From Eledone cirrhosa (Eukaryota), in contig OZ024745.1 in the NCBI GenBank assembly GCA_964016885.1, forward strand, positions 13,330,001-13,394,000: a stretch of 64,000 nucleotides of DNA. Direction: 5' to 3'. The notes under the pieces are model-generated. The model was given only the letters and a program-made list of their open reading frames with translations, was not told the DNA's origin and made no database searches. Below are positions 44,355-56,022 of the stretch, piece by piece. Within the stretch, counting starts at the first letter, position 1. Each line of letters opens with the position of its first letter. A program made the position numbers and the translations under genes.

Positions 44355-45292
44355 GAGAAATTTAAAATATACGATCAGGAAAACGTACATATATACGACG
44401 TGTATATGTGTGCGTGCGCGTATGTGTGTGTATGTGTACGTGTCTATCTGTCAGTCTGTGCAGTGTGCGTATGTGTGTATCTGAGTCGTTCTGTGTGTGT
44501 CTATGAATGTATGTATGTATATATATGTATATGTATGGATGTGTATGTATGTATGTATGTATGTATGTATGTATGTATGTATGTATGTATGGGTTAAATG
44601 TATGTATGTATGTATGTATGTATGTATGTATGTATGTATGTATGTATGGGTTAAATGTTACAATGTATGTATGTATGTATGTATGTATGTATGGGTTAAA
44701 TGTTACAATGGCTGTGTTTTTACAATACTTTGAACACCAGCAATGGTTAGCAAGGGTTTCATATTATGGCCACCACCTCCCACTAAAAAAAAAAGGGTAA
44801 GGGGTTTCACTTATATGTCACAGCTTTTAGTAACTGATTGATCCCTTTCATTTTAACTTGTTACAAATTTTAGACTGCTCCCCACCCCGTTTTTCTCCCT
44901 TTTAATTGGTTGGTTAATTAATTTTTTTTTTTAGGAGGTGGAGGTCGTTTGTTTGTTGTAAATGAATGAAGGATCTCTCTCTCTTTGCCACCCCATCACA
45001 GCCATCTTTTTATTCAAACAGTTGCAATTCTTTCATTGTTTTCCACCGTCACGTGCCAATCCCTATCCCACCTTCCTCCCCCTGTTTTATTATGGATATT
45101 TTATTAATTCTTTGTAGGTGTGTATGAAGGTGTGTGTGTATGAAGATGGGTGTGTGGGGGAGAGAGAAAGAGAGACTGAACTGAAGGGAATCATTGTTAC
45201 TTTAACACACACTATTATATATAACATGGCTTATATATATATATATATAAATAAGTGGCTTCTACAAGACTAGAACTGTTTCATATTTTTTT

Positions 45293-45449
45293 GGGGACCA
45301 CTGCTGGGTAGTGTTCATCATACTAGTTGCAGTGGCCTGGGCTCGTCAGACGGTATGAGAGCCTAAACCTTTTTTAAAGGTTTTCGTACCGTCTGATGAG
45401 CTCAGGTTATCATAATTTGTCGAACGAGCACTATCTGGTTGTGGTCCTC
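45293..45449 (+). other. 72-bp ungapped G.U-rich hairpin module between (TA)n tracts
   Basis: Arms 45293-45364 and 45378-45449: 48 WC, 16 G.U, 4 A.C, 4 other pairs. Confidence 0.85.
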
Positions 45450-45568
45450 AGCGAAATGTGTATCACAGAGATATAAAGAAACCTAAATCAACGACATATG
45501 GCCTCCGATCTATTTAATGCTATATATATATATAAAATAAAATTTAAAAAACTACATGGCTGAATACA

Positions 45569-45830
45569 ATAAATGTAGTCTGAGTTTTTCGAGTATTAAT
45601 AGTGGCATTCGATTCGTTTGCAATTATGCAAACAAGCCTCATTTTTAAAGCCATTTTTGAGCTGTACTGATGAAGGGTGATACCCAGAAACATTAGTGTC
45701 TGCAGTTCTGTTTACATGCCAACACAAGAGCAAGAATGAAGGGTTCATTCTACTGACATGGCTTTAAAAATGAGGCTTGTGCAATCGAGTCGAGTGTTGT
45801 TAGTGTTCGAGGGACTCAGATTACATTTAT
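45569..45830 (+). other. G.U-rich hairpin module enclosing a hammerhead
   Basis: Arms 45569-45654 and 45758-45830; inner 23 bp perfect, outer stem has 11 G.U and 0 A.C. Confidence 0.85.
45659..45708 (+). ncRNA. type I hammerhead ribozyme
   Basis: Stem I GAGCTGTA/TGCAGTTC, CTGATGA, stem II GGGT-gat-ACCC, GAAA, stem III ACAT-ta-GTGT, GUC cleavage triplet ending at 45700. Confidence 0.8.
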
Positions 45831-46346
45831 ATATATATATATTATTATTTACACACACCCTCTACCAATGAATATTTGGCATTGTGTCTCGTTAAAAGGA
45901 ATTTATATTTATTAACTTAATGAAAGCAATAACGATGATTATTATATTGTTAGTATTATGAAATTTTTCTAAATAAAATTTCCGGATCAGCTAAGGTAGA
46001 ATTCATTCATTGCCAACTGGCTGGTGCAAATTGAAAATGTTGAGTTATCTGCCCTTGATATTTTTGTGTCGGTGGAGGAATGGCTCGTAAAGAATGGGTT
46101 AACAGGTCAGCCATTTCTTCTTTTTTCTTCTTCTTACTTAGCCAGAGTAATTTGTTACTTATATATGTGTAATATTGATGTAAATAGATTTATATTGATT
46201 TAATTAAGTAGCTGTCATTGGAGTCAACTCTATATATCGCTGTGAACTGTAGATTGAATATAATATATAGTGGGTCAAGTATGAAATTTGTAGAAAAAAA
46301 AACATTTCCTCAGGTTTCATACTTCACGAACCAATATATATATATA

Positions 46347-46410
<64 letters not shown>

Positions 46411-46671
46411 TTGTATGTATATATATATATATATTGTGTGTATATATATATGTATATATATTGTATGTATATATGTATATATATATTGTATGTATATATA
46501 TGTATATATATTGTATGTATATATATATATATATATTGTATGTATATGTATATGTATATATATATTGTATGTATATATATATATATATATATATTGTATG
46601 TATATATATATATATGGTATGTATATATATATATATATATTGTATGTATATATATATGTATGTATATATAT

Positions 46672-46826
46672 AAGGTGGGCGAAGACAACTGAGAAACGAA
46701 CGAAACATGGGACAGTCTCTTCTCGTCAGTTGACCTCTAGAGGTAATGCACCGAAATCAGGACCTCCAGAGGTCGACTGATGGGGGGGGACTGTCCTCTG
46801 TTTCGTCCGTCTTAGCCCCACCTTTT
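46672..46826 (+). other. G.U-rich hairpin module after TA-rich microsatellite
   Basis: Core arms 46697-46744 and 46762-46809: 7 G.U, 2 A.C, 1 other; outer AAGGTGGG/CCCACCTT. Confidence 0.85.
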
Positions 46827-46899
46827 TAAAAATTAATTTTATAGATCTTAACCGCGTGGGACATTCTTTCACACACACACACACACATATATATATATA

Positions 46900-47256
46900 G
46901 TTATTCTTTTACTGTGGCCTTGCTGGAGCAGTGCCTTCTTGGATTTAGCTGAACACATAGACCCCCCCCCCCTACTTATTTTGTCAATCTCTTTATGGCG
47001 AACTGCTAAGTTATAGGACATAAACAGTAAATGTAAACACAGACGTTGACGCACATGTAGCATCATGTACGTGTGTTGTGTGGATGTATATAAACATAAA
47101 CAGCAGGTTTTCATACAGTGTCTGTCTACCAATTTACCCTTACAAGCCTTTGGTCTACCGGAAGCCGAAGTAAGAGACACTGGCCCTTGTGCCATGCAGT
47201 GACACAGTGGGAGTGAACCTGGTTGCAAAATGAATTTCTTAACAACACATCCATGC
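46900..47256 (-). mobile_element. octopus-type tRNA-derived SINE
   Basis: Minus strand GGATGTGTTGTTAAGAA..GGTTCACTCCCACTG..GGCACAAGGGCCAGTGTCTC..ACCAAAGGCTTGTAAGGGTAAATTGGTAGAC; a related fragment lies at ~53650-53790. Confidence 0.7.
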
Positions 47257-47297
47257 TTATATTTATACACATGTGTGTGTATAAATATATATATATA

Positions 47298-47836
47298 CGA
47301 CTAAACTGGCAACCCCACCAAGGTTTCTTGGTGAGGAGGGTGACTTTGGACATCCTGCAGGACTAAAAACAAAACCTGTCAAAGGGCAAAGGAGCTCTTA
47401 AAAGTCAATGGCCATCCAAAATCACCGGGAGAGATGACCCCTTAGCCTTTGTCAAGGCAGAATTCTAGGAGAAGGAAAACTCTGATATAACACCTGCAAC
47501 CCTGATGGTATCCAATGATGTTGACTTGTTCTTCTTTTTGGTAAATATCATCTTGGTTAAGAGAGTGGGACTGGCTTTGTGCAGTGCCTTTGCTCACTAT
47601 AAAAGCTTCACGGCACAGGCATTGCTTTGTATCTGGAGATCTCTCTGCACTTGTCCTCACATGGTACCATGGGCCCAGCACTATGTGTCAATAATTGTCA
47701 CAGGTGTAGTGTTTGTACCAGAGTTTTCAAGTCGCTGGCTGGACTAAAAGTCACACTCGTTCAGCGCTTCGGTAGGGGTTCTCCTACATGGATATAAAGT
47801 AGTGGCCGTACTCGAAAACGAGTTGGCAGCCACCAT
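47298..47836 (+). mobile_element. non-autonomous RTE derivative, copy 1 (5'-truncated)
   Basis: Near-identical to 48586-49125; followed by a long (TATG)-type tail. Confidence 0.85.
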
Positions 47837-47951
47837 ATGTATGTATATGTGTATATGTATGTATATGTATATGTGTATGTATGTGTATGTATATGTGTAT
47901 GTATGTGTATGTGTATGTATGTATATATGTGTATATGTATGTATGTATATG

Positions 47952-47983
<32 letters not shown>

Positions 47984-48231
47984 TGTGTATGTATGTATGT
48001 ATGTGTATATGTATGTATGTATATATGTATATGTATATATATGTATGTATGTGTATGTGTATGTATGTGTATGTGTGTGTATATGTATGTATGTATGTAT
48101 ATATGTATGTATGTATATGTATATGTATGTGTGTATGTATGTATATATGTATGTATGTATGTATATATGTATGTATGTGTATATGTATGTATGTGTATAT
48201 GTATGTGTATGTATATGTATATATATATGCT

Positions 48232-48495
48232 GCTTTGTGCAGTGCCTTTGCTCACTATAAAAGCTTCACAGCACAGGCATTGCTTTATATCTGGAGATCT
48301 CTCTGCACTGGTCGTCACATGGTACCATGGGCCCAGCACTATGTGTCAATAATTGTCACAAGTGTAGTGTTTGTACCAGAGTTTTCAAGTCGCTGGCTGG
48401 ACTAAAAAGTCACATTCGTTCAGCGCATTGGTAGGGGTTCTCCTACATGGATATAAAGTAGTGGCCGTACTCGAAAACGAGTTGGCAGCCACCAT
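48232..48495 (+). mobile_element. non-autonomous RTE derivative, copy 2 (3' half)
   Basis: Same 3' end ..GAGTTGGCAGCCACCAT(GTAT)n; encodes remnant CSVCTRVFKSLAGLKSHIRS (RTE C2H2 finger). Confidence 0.85.
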
Positions 48496-48519
48496 GTATG
48501 TATGTATGTATATATGTCA

Positions 48520-48597
48520 GGTCACCACTTGGTGCTACTGGTAACATGTATCCCAGTACAACCTGTCTGATGGTCGGGTCGTTGGCGACTAAACTGG
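48520..48597 (+). ncRNA. candidate HDV-like ribozyme
   Basis: P1 GGTCA/TGGTC, P2 CCAGT/ACTGG, P3 ACA/TGA (one mismatch), L3 ACCTGTC, P1.1 CC/GG, P4 TCG-ttgg-CGA, J4/2 CTAA. Confidence 0.6.
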
Positions 48598-49125
48598 CAA
48601 CCCCACTAAGGTTTCTTGGTGAGGAGGGTGACTTTGGACATCCTGCAGGACTAAAAACAAAACCTGTCAAAGGGCAAAGGAGCTCTTAAGAGTCAATGGC
48701 CATCCAAAATCACCGGGAGAGATGACCCCTTAGCCTTTGTCAAGGCAGAATTCTAGGAGAAGGAAAACTCTGATATAACACCTGCAACCCTGATGGTATC
48801 CAATCATGTTGACTTGTTCTTCTTTTTGGTAAATATCATCTTGGTTAAGAGAGTGGGACTGGCTTTGTGCAGTGCCTTTGCTCACTATAAAAGCTTCACG
48901 GCACAGGCATTGCTTTGTATCTGGAGATCTCTCTGCACTTGTCATTACATGGTACCATGGGCCCAGCACTATGTGTCAATAATTGTCACAAGTGTAGTGT
49001 TTGTACCAGAGTTTTCAAGTTGCTGGCTGGACTAAAAAGTCACACTCGTTCAGCGTATCGGTAGGGGTTCTCCTACATGGTTATAAAGTAGTGGCCGTAC
49101 TCGAAAACGAGTTGGCAGCCACCAT
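48520..49125 (+). mobile_element. non-autonomous RTE derivative, copy 3 (longest, ~606 bp)
   Basis: RTE-like 5' region (CTAGGAGAAGGAAAACTCTG) joined to the C2H2-encoding 3' end and a (TATG)n tail. Confidence 0.8.
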
Positions 49126-49629
49126 GTATGTATGTATGCATGTATGCATGTATGTATGTATATGTATGTACGTACGTACGTACATACATGTGCATGTATG
49201 TATGTATATGTATGTACGTACGTACGTACATATGTATATATGTATGTATATATGTATGTATGTATATATATGTATATGTATGTATGTATGTCAGTCTGTG
49301 AAGTTGTTTAAGTAAATACAGTGAAAGACCAACCTAAAGTAGCAGATATCCAACTAAATATCCAATTAAAACGTCTTCAGACATTAACTAATCTCTCCTA
49401 CGTCTCGTGTACTCTGCACGTGACTGTTCTCTTTATTAATTTAAGCTCAGCACAAATTCCACCGGAAAATATCTTAGATATCTGCTGCAAAAAAAAAAAA
49501 TTGAATTGTTCTTATGATTTCCTTTCCATTAACTGTTAATCACTATCACTCTTCAAACTCTTATGGAATTAGAATATGTTTCTTCTTTTACTAATACATA
49601 ACTTTCTATATAATATACTATAAAATACT

Positions 49630-49935
49630 CTTCTTCTTCTTCTTCTTCTTCTTCTTCACCACCATCATCATCATCATTAACATCATTGTGTCTGGGTTGA
49701 ACATTCCTGACAAAGTCTCTACAATTCACGATTATCCATTGCTCCTGGCAGCTGCTCCCCGCTATGATTTGTACGAGTTGTTCAATGAAGGTTCAAGCAG
49801 GTCTTGTTCTACTGTGTCTCCTGTGAGTTCCCACAAGAGTAGCTTGTGTATAACGTCCTGCTTACTTCTCCAGTAATGTCCTGCCAGCCGTGACCATCTT
49901 TCATCAACTGTAGTTGTTATCTTGGGCAATATTGT
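49630..49935 (-). mobile_element. RTE-like LINE 3' fragment
   Basis: LPKITTTVDERWSRLAGHYWRSKQDVIHKLLLWE..AMDNREL, followed by a (GAT)/(GAA) tail. Confidence 0.75.
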
Positions 49936-52081
49936 ACTTAATGGTGGTAAATTAGAGTATTCGAGCGTCGCTGTTTTCCCCGTTCTCTACGAGTTCAAGC
50001 CCTGTCGAGCTCAACTTACTCTAGGGGCGATGAATTGGCAGAATTGTTAGAGTCGGACAATTTCTATAGACACATATTTTTCCTTTCACGTAACACCCTA
50101 ATCACCACCTATGTATTCATTCGTCAATGGAGAACGTAAAATCATAATTCAAATTACACTTCCCATTCTCATAGACCTTTATCTTCTGTTTTTGTAAATG
50201 CATCTACGTTCAGACCACCCACCTGTAACAAGAAAGTACCATTTCACTTGGACTGTGGCTAAAATAAACCATGTCTCATCATATTTTAAAGATATTTGGC
50301 TGAGATGAATTTCAGATCTGATAACTCTATCAAGAAACGTGACTAATGATACTTGACATGGTATTCAATTGTTTAGTTATTCATTAATTTCGTGTCATTA
50401 TCAAGACTTAATTAAATGCGTCATAATATATATTATTTTTAATAAGTTTGTTGCTAATAAAGTGAAAACGATGGACAGTTGTAAGCTAGTGTTGTTAGGA
50501 TCTAATCCGTCGCCCAGTTTAACACCAATATCATCACTTAGCCCTTTAGCTGTTTTTCTCGGGGTCAACTAGAGACAAGGAATTGAAGTGTACAATGTTC
50601 ATAACTTTACCGATTATTTTAGCAACAAGGGGTGGGGAGATGGTTTTAAGGGGTGGGGATCCAGAAATTTGATCGGAAATCAGTTCATAAAGAATTTATA
50701 CCATCCAATGGCTGATTTCTAGAATGCTAGATTAACAATTGGAAGTCCTACAGTTGTTGTTCTCTGATTTAACACTCAGCTGTGACCACAGTACAGACAC
50801 TTAACTGTAAACAGTTTGTTGTAATTAAGTTTAAAACATGCATGCATGGTCCTATAACCTCAGAGGGAATGGTAGGGGCACCGAATTGACATGCACCATT
50901 TCTAGGGCATTTTTAAAACCTGGTGGAGCCTATCTCGTCTCTAGATCTGAATGTAGCAGATTTCTTCCAGAGAATGATAGAGTGGGAGAAAGGAAGTGAG
51001 AAAGAGATATAGGGGAAGAATCGACACCCAGTACTAGATTGATACTTTTTTATCGATCTCGAATGTATGAAAGGCATAGTAGGCAATAATTAACTCGTGT
51101 GGCACAGAACTGCTGGATTAAAACTTGCAGAACAACAACAACAGTAACCCTAGACAGTACATAAACGTTCCCACATTCCACAGAATAGACATAATGTCAC
51201 ATATTTAAATGTAACGACCAACGAGATTGTATGACATTCATAACTTTTATTGTAAATGAAATGATAATAACCAAGAAAGGAAACCGTTATTGAGGATTAT
51301 ATATGGAGTTGCAGTTTATCTCTTATAGGATGTAGGACTATGGAATTGGATCTTAGGTTAGAGAGATAACATTACTATGGGGAATGCCACAGGACAAGAA
51401 AGGCAGGATCTTAACGGGTCAAGAATGAGGCCGGGTTTCCAGTAAAAAGAAATACCGATGGATTAGCAGAAACGTTAGAACGTTGGTAACAGTTAAGGTA
51501 GAATGCTAGAATCGTTAGAGTATCGAACAAAATGGTGGTAGGCTGGTAGAATTGTAAGGACACCGGACAAAATACTTTGCAGCATTCACTTATGATGTTT
51601 TATATTTTGATTTCAAATAAAGCCAAAGTCATGTTTGCCTTACATCATGTGGTGGAATTGTTAATATCAAATAGCAGTCAATTATTGGATGTGAAGGAGG
51701 GGAAGGGATAGACTTTAATCGATTTAATCGACTATATCATCCCATACTTTAAAAATAAATTGCGACTTTGTGGAGAAATCGATTGAATCCGGCTTGTGAT
51801 AGTCGCCTTTGTAAGTTCAATTCTGGAAAACTGACTCACATTTTCTGTCTATTTATTATACTTTTAGTTTACCTTTCTGATCGATAATATAGTGAATAGT
51901 GAATACTGTACACTCTAGGTCGATCGTGTCGATATTTGTAACATAACTTCTTTTTAAACTAATATATATGGGTGAGGTGGGTGTTGCAGTTGTGACTAAT
52001 CACAATCGATATAAACAATAAGAAAGAAACGTACACACATACACGTATATATAATATGTGTGTGTGCATACATGTAAAGAT

Positions 52082-52127
<46 letters not shown>

Positions 52128-52199
52128 ACTACAATCTTCTTACACCACCTTCTTCTTCTCATCCGTCTATTTTTCACTCCCACCCTAGTACCTTCAATA

Positions 52200-52377
52200 T
52201 TTTTTCCAATTCCAACCTGCCCGTCCCCTCAATCTATTTTATTTCTCATTCTTTCTTCTGATGAAGGACTAACATCCGAAACGTTAAGACCCTCTTCCTG
52301 CTATATCAAGCGTTAACCTAATATATCCCTTCCATATACTGTACCGATTGTGTTGTTATTTCTGTTTACCTTTTACA
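52200..52377 (+). mobile_element. solo PLE pLTR with minimal hammerhead (52254-52289)
   Basis: TCTT-CTGATGA-A-GGA ctaaca TCC-GAAA-CGTT-AAGA; near-identical to 55692-55867. Confidence 0.8.
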
Positions 52378-52621
52378 TAAATATATATATATATGGGATA
52401 ACAAGTTATCGTTATAGGTAATCCAGTTAGAGGTTGTGAGTACACTGCGTCGTGGATAGTTTTAACGTACCGCTTTGTTTGACTCAACAAGATGCTTCCA
52501 TAGTTATGCAGCGAGTTCGCGGTAATTTTTATGCAGGTTATACTTGGAGTAATAATAGTTAAAGAATGAAGAGTAACATGGGCGGCTGTACAATAGGGGC
52601 TTTATTTAAAGTACTGACAAT

Positions 52622-53101
52622 TTAAAGTACCGATAATTTTGACCAGCTAATCTTATATTCTAGGTTTTTGTCCTTAAGCTGCCAGATTTTATTGGCGAGC
52701 GTCGTAGAGTTCTCCATTTCACGGTTCTTCATGGAGTGTCTGTGGACATACCACCTTTTCTTGAACTCCCCAGCCGTGGAACCTATGTAGTGCCAAGTAG
52801 AGTTGCCTGAATTTACAGTACACAGGTATACCATACTCGAATCCAGGCATCTATTCCGTAGTGGGCACTTATCCGGTAGGTGGTAATTACAATTTGAGGT
52901 TTTACTTTGTGCAAGTTCATCGTTGCGGTTTTGTAAGTTGTTGTGGGTGGGTTGTGATTTAGGCCTATTAATGTTTTGTTGTGATGCGTTCTGATGCGTT
53001 TGTGTATTGTTTTGATTATACGATATTTTATTATTGATGTTATTGTTTTGATTATACGCTATTTTTCTATATAAGTCTTGCCTCGAGTGAATTACTTTCA
53101 A
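52622..53101 (-). pseudogene. PLE GIY-YIG endonuclease fragment
   Basis: CNY..CPL..CLDSSMVYLCTV...YIGSTAGEFKKRWYVHRHS...TTLANKIWQLK; bracketed by a ~67-bp inverted repeat (52557/53201). Confidence 0.88.
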
Positions 53102-53278
53102 ATCTACGTACTCTGATGTGTTGACCAGAGGTAAATAATGTATTGGAGATCGAATAACGCAAGTGATTAACGAACTCTAGATTCACCTGATCAACAAAAC
53201 AATTGTCAGTACTTTAAATAAAGCCCTTATTGTACAGCCAACCATGTTACTCTACATTCTTTAACTATATATATATAT

Positions 53279-53493
53279 ATATAAAGAAAAAAAGGATGAA
53301 ATCGAAAATGCAACTGGAGTCTTATTTTTCTCACATCTGAGATGTGAGAAAAACCACAGACCCTCCATCTCAACTCTACTTTTGAAAAGCAAGCAGAATA
53401 ACTGCGAAACCGGTAAAGGAACCAAATAAATGTATATATTTTTTAAAAAATAAGACTCCAGTTGCATTTTCGATTTCATCTTTTTTTCTTTAT
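53279..53493. repeat. short fold-back element with ~53-bp terminal inverted repeats
   Basis: GATGAAATCGAAAATGCAACTGGAGTCTTATTTTT vs AAAAATAAGACTCCAGTTGCATTTTCGATTTCATC; internal palindrome TTTTTCTCACATCT-G-AGATGTGAGAAAAA. Confidence 0.85.
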
Positions 53494-54127
53494 ACTTTCA
53501 CTCGTGTAGGACACCTCGGTTATTTTTCATTTTGTAAAAACACCTCACTTTCTAATATATATATATATATATATAGAAAGAAAGAGAGAAAGGTGGGGAA
53601 GGGGAAGAAAATAGATTGGGAAGAAATATGTGAGGTAATACATATTATTTCTTTTTATTCTTTTAATGGTTTCAATTATTGGGTTGTGGCCATACTGGAT
53701 CACAACCATCAGAGGTTTTTATCGATCATATCGACTATTGTAATTATTTCTTTCTGGTACACATTTAATCCATATTTATATTGTTCAATTCGCCAAGATA
53801 CGTTATTTGAAACAACACTGGTTTTACACCGGTAAATATAAGTTACTTAACAGAAGTTAAGGGCCGAAACACTCACCTGAGAGGGATTTCTTGACTGAAG
53901 ACCTCTGTCCAGCTCTCCTGAGAGTTCCTTACCATTTAATCCATCTTTATATTTATCTATTCGTTAAGCCACGCCTTTTGATACAACACCGGTTTTACAC
54001 TGGTAAATATAAACATAGAAATAGCTATAGATGTACTCATACACCCGCCTCACACATGTATACGTATATATACATACATATATATGAATACACACACACA
54101 CACACACACACATACATATATACATAC

Positions 54128-54159
<32 letters not shown>

Positions 54160-55537
54160 CTTTCTGGTGATTTCGCATGAATGAAACAGTTCTCGTCCTG
54201 TAGAAGCTTTTCTATATTAAACATATATATATATATATACTCACTACGTCCTTACTTCCATTTAGGTTTGCTTCTCTTTTGTGGATAAGATCCTTTCCTT
54301 ATCAATATGGATTCGTTCCAACAAGGAGGAGATAAAGCACTACTACAACAGAGTGTGTCAGTTCCAGAGATGAATAAATTGATCCAGAGAGTTCCCCACA
54401 ATGTACAAACGAAATATACTTTTAACTATCTTTTTGATTAACACGATAATCTTTCGAATACCATATATTTTGTGGGAGGTGGGTCTGTTCCTATGCTGAT
54501 CCCTTGTCAAACATCACTGACTGAGTCCGAATGAACTCTGTATTGTCAACGCCCTCAGAGTCAGAATTGATATTTTGCAAAATTGAAATGTCCAAGTGAC
54601 AATTCTATTTATTCTGTGAGTCTTCATGGATTGTCATGTAGACTAAATACAAGTGGCTTCGCTCGCAACACGGAGTTGAACCTAACCATAAAATGAGCTG
54701 TAGTCACTGTCAATATCCCCTCAATTCTGGAGCCAGCAGGATTGTCCAGAGTATATGCGGAGAGGTCCGATATGGGTAGTTGGTAACTCTGTATCTGTCC
54801 TCATATCATAGATGCTGCCTCAGAGGAGGTGGGGGCCATGTGATCCATAGCCGAACGGAATAAACTAATGAACTACCGTGATTTATCGGGAAAGACTTTC
54901 GAGGGAACTGGGCAGATCCTTACAGAAGTACCAGGTAATGCTCACGGTGGGGTTTGACTATTGCAGCGCCCTAGTTTTGCTATAACCCGTGCTAATGCTA
55001 TGAATGGCTTGACTTGTCTCAAAAAATATTTAGAACGCAACACCGACATTGTTTTAGAGTATAATCAAATTTACGTCTTCTCTCACTAATTTCTATTGAT
55101 TTCTTCTTTTAGCAAATTATAACCACTATATATTTCAATCACAATTTACTCACAATATTCGATATGTATTATTTCAGTCCTGGGTGTCCTTTTACATCAT
55201 GGATCAGAGGCCCCGCGCACCAGGACTGAACAAAGTCTGATTCACCGTCTTGGGTCCTATTCCCCTCTTGGACTCAACTCACCTCCCCAATTTCTCTAAT
55301 ACCCCGTCCATTATCACACCCCTAGATTCCTATCGCTGTCTCTTGATCATTAACATCTCTTACAACTAATACAGGCCCACTATATATGCTCACTCCACTT
55401 TTCCCTTCACTGCTCTGTATACACACATACACACCCTTATATTAACATACTTTTGCTTATAGATTTGTACTTACATGCACACACACTCTTTTACTCACAT
55501 ATTACACACATTTCTTCTTAGCTTCGTACGGACGTAT

Positions 55538-55628
<91 letters not shown>

Positions 55629-55691
55629 CAGCACCAACAGTTTTACAAGAGATGTCAACATGAATGGACCTGTTATTTTTATCTAAAGACA

Positions 55692-55861
55692 TTTTTTCCA
55701 ATTCCAACCCGCCCGTCCCCTCAATCTATCTTATTTCTCATTCTTTCTTCTGATGAAGGACTAGCGTCCGAAACGTTAAGACCTTCTTCCTGCTATATCA
55801 AGCGTTAACCTAATATATCCCTTCCTATACTGTACCGATTGTGTTGTTATTTCTGTTTACC

Positions 55862-55867
<6 letters not shown>
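55692..55867 (+). mobile_element. solo PLE pLTR with minimal hammerhead (55746-55781)
   Basis: TCTT-CTGATGA-A-GGAC tagc GTCC-GAAA-CGTT-AAGA; ends in (CA)n. Confidence 0.82.
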
Positions 55868-55930
<63 letters not shown>

Positions 55931-55972
55931 GAAAGGCTTCTACAGGACTATATTAAATGTTTGTACTCGACA

Positions 55973-56019
<47 letters not shown>

Positions 56020-56022
<3 letters not shown>

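Noticed and set aside
45045-45062. CACGTG/CCAAT promoter-like motif
   Set aside because: Short motifs expected by chance, with no associated gene start.
54300-55000. Possible host exon or LINE remnant in a unique, moderately GC-rich stretch
   Set aside because: No sustained ORF or recognisable motif found by eye on either strand.
52200-55867. LTR retrotransposon bounded by the two ~175-bp direct repeats
   Set aside because: No TG..CA ends, PBS, PPT or gag/pol. The interior is a patchwork, and the repeats are PLE-type pLTRs ending in microsatellites.
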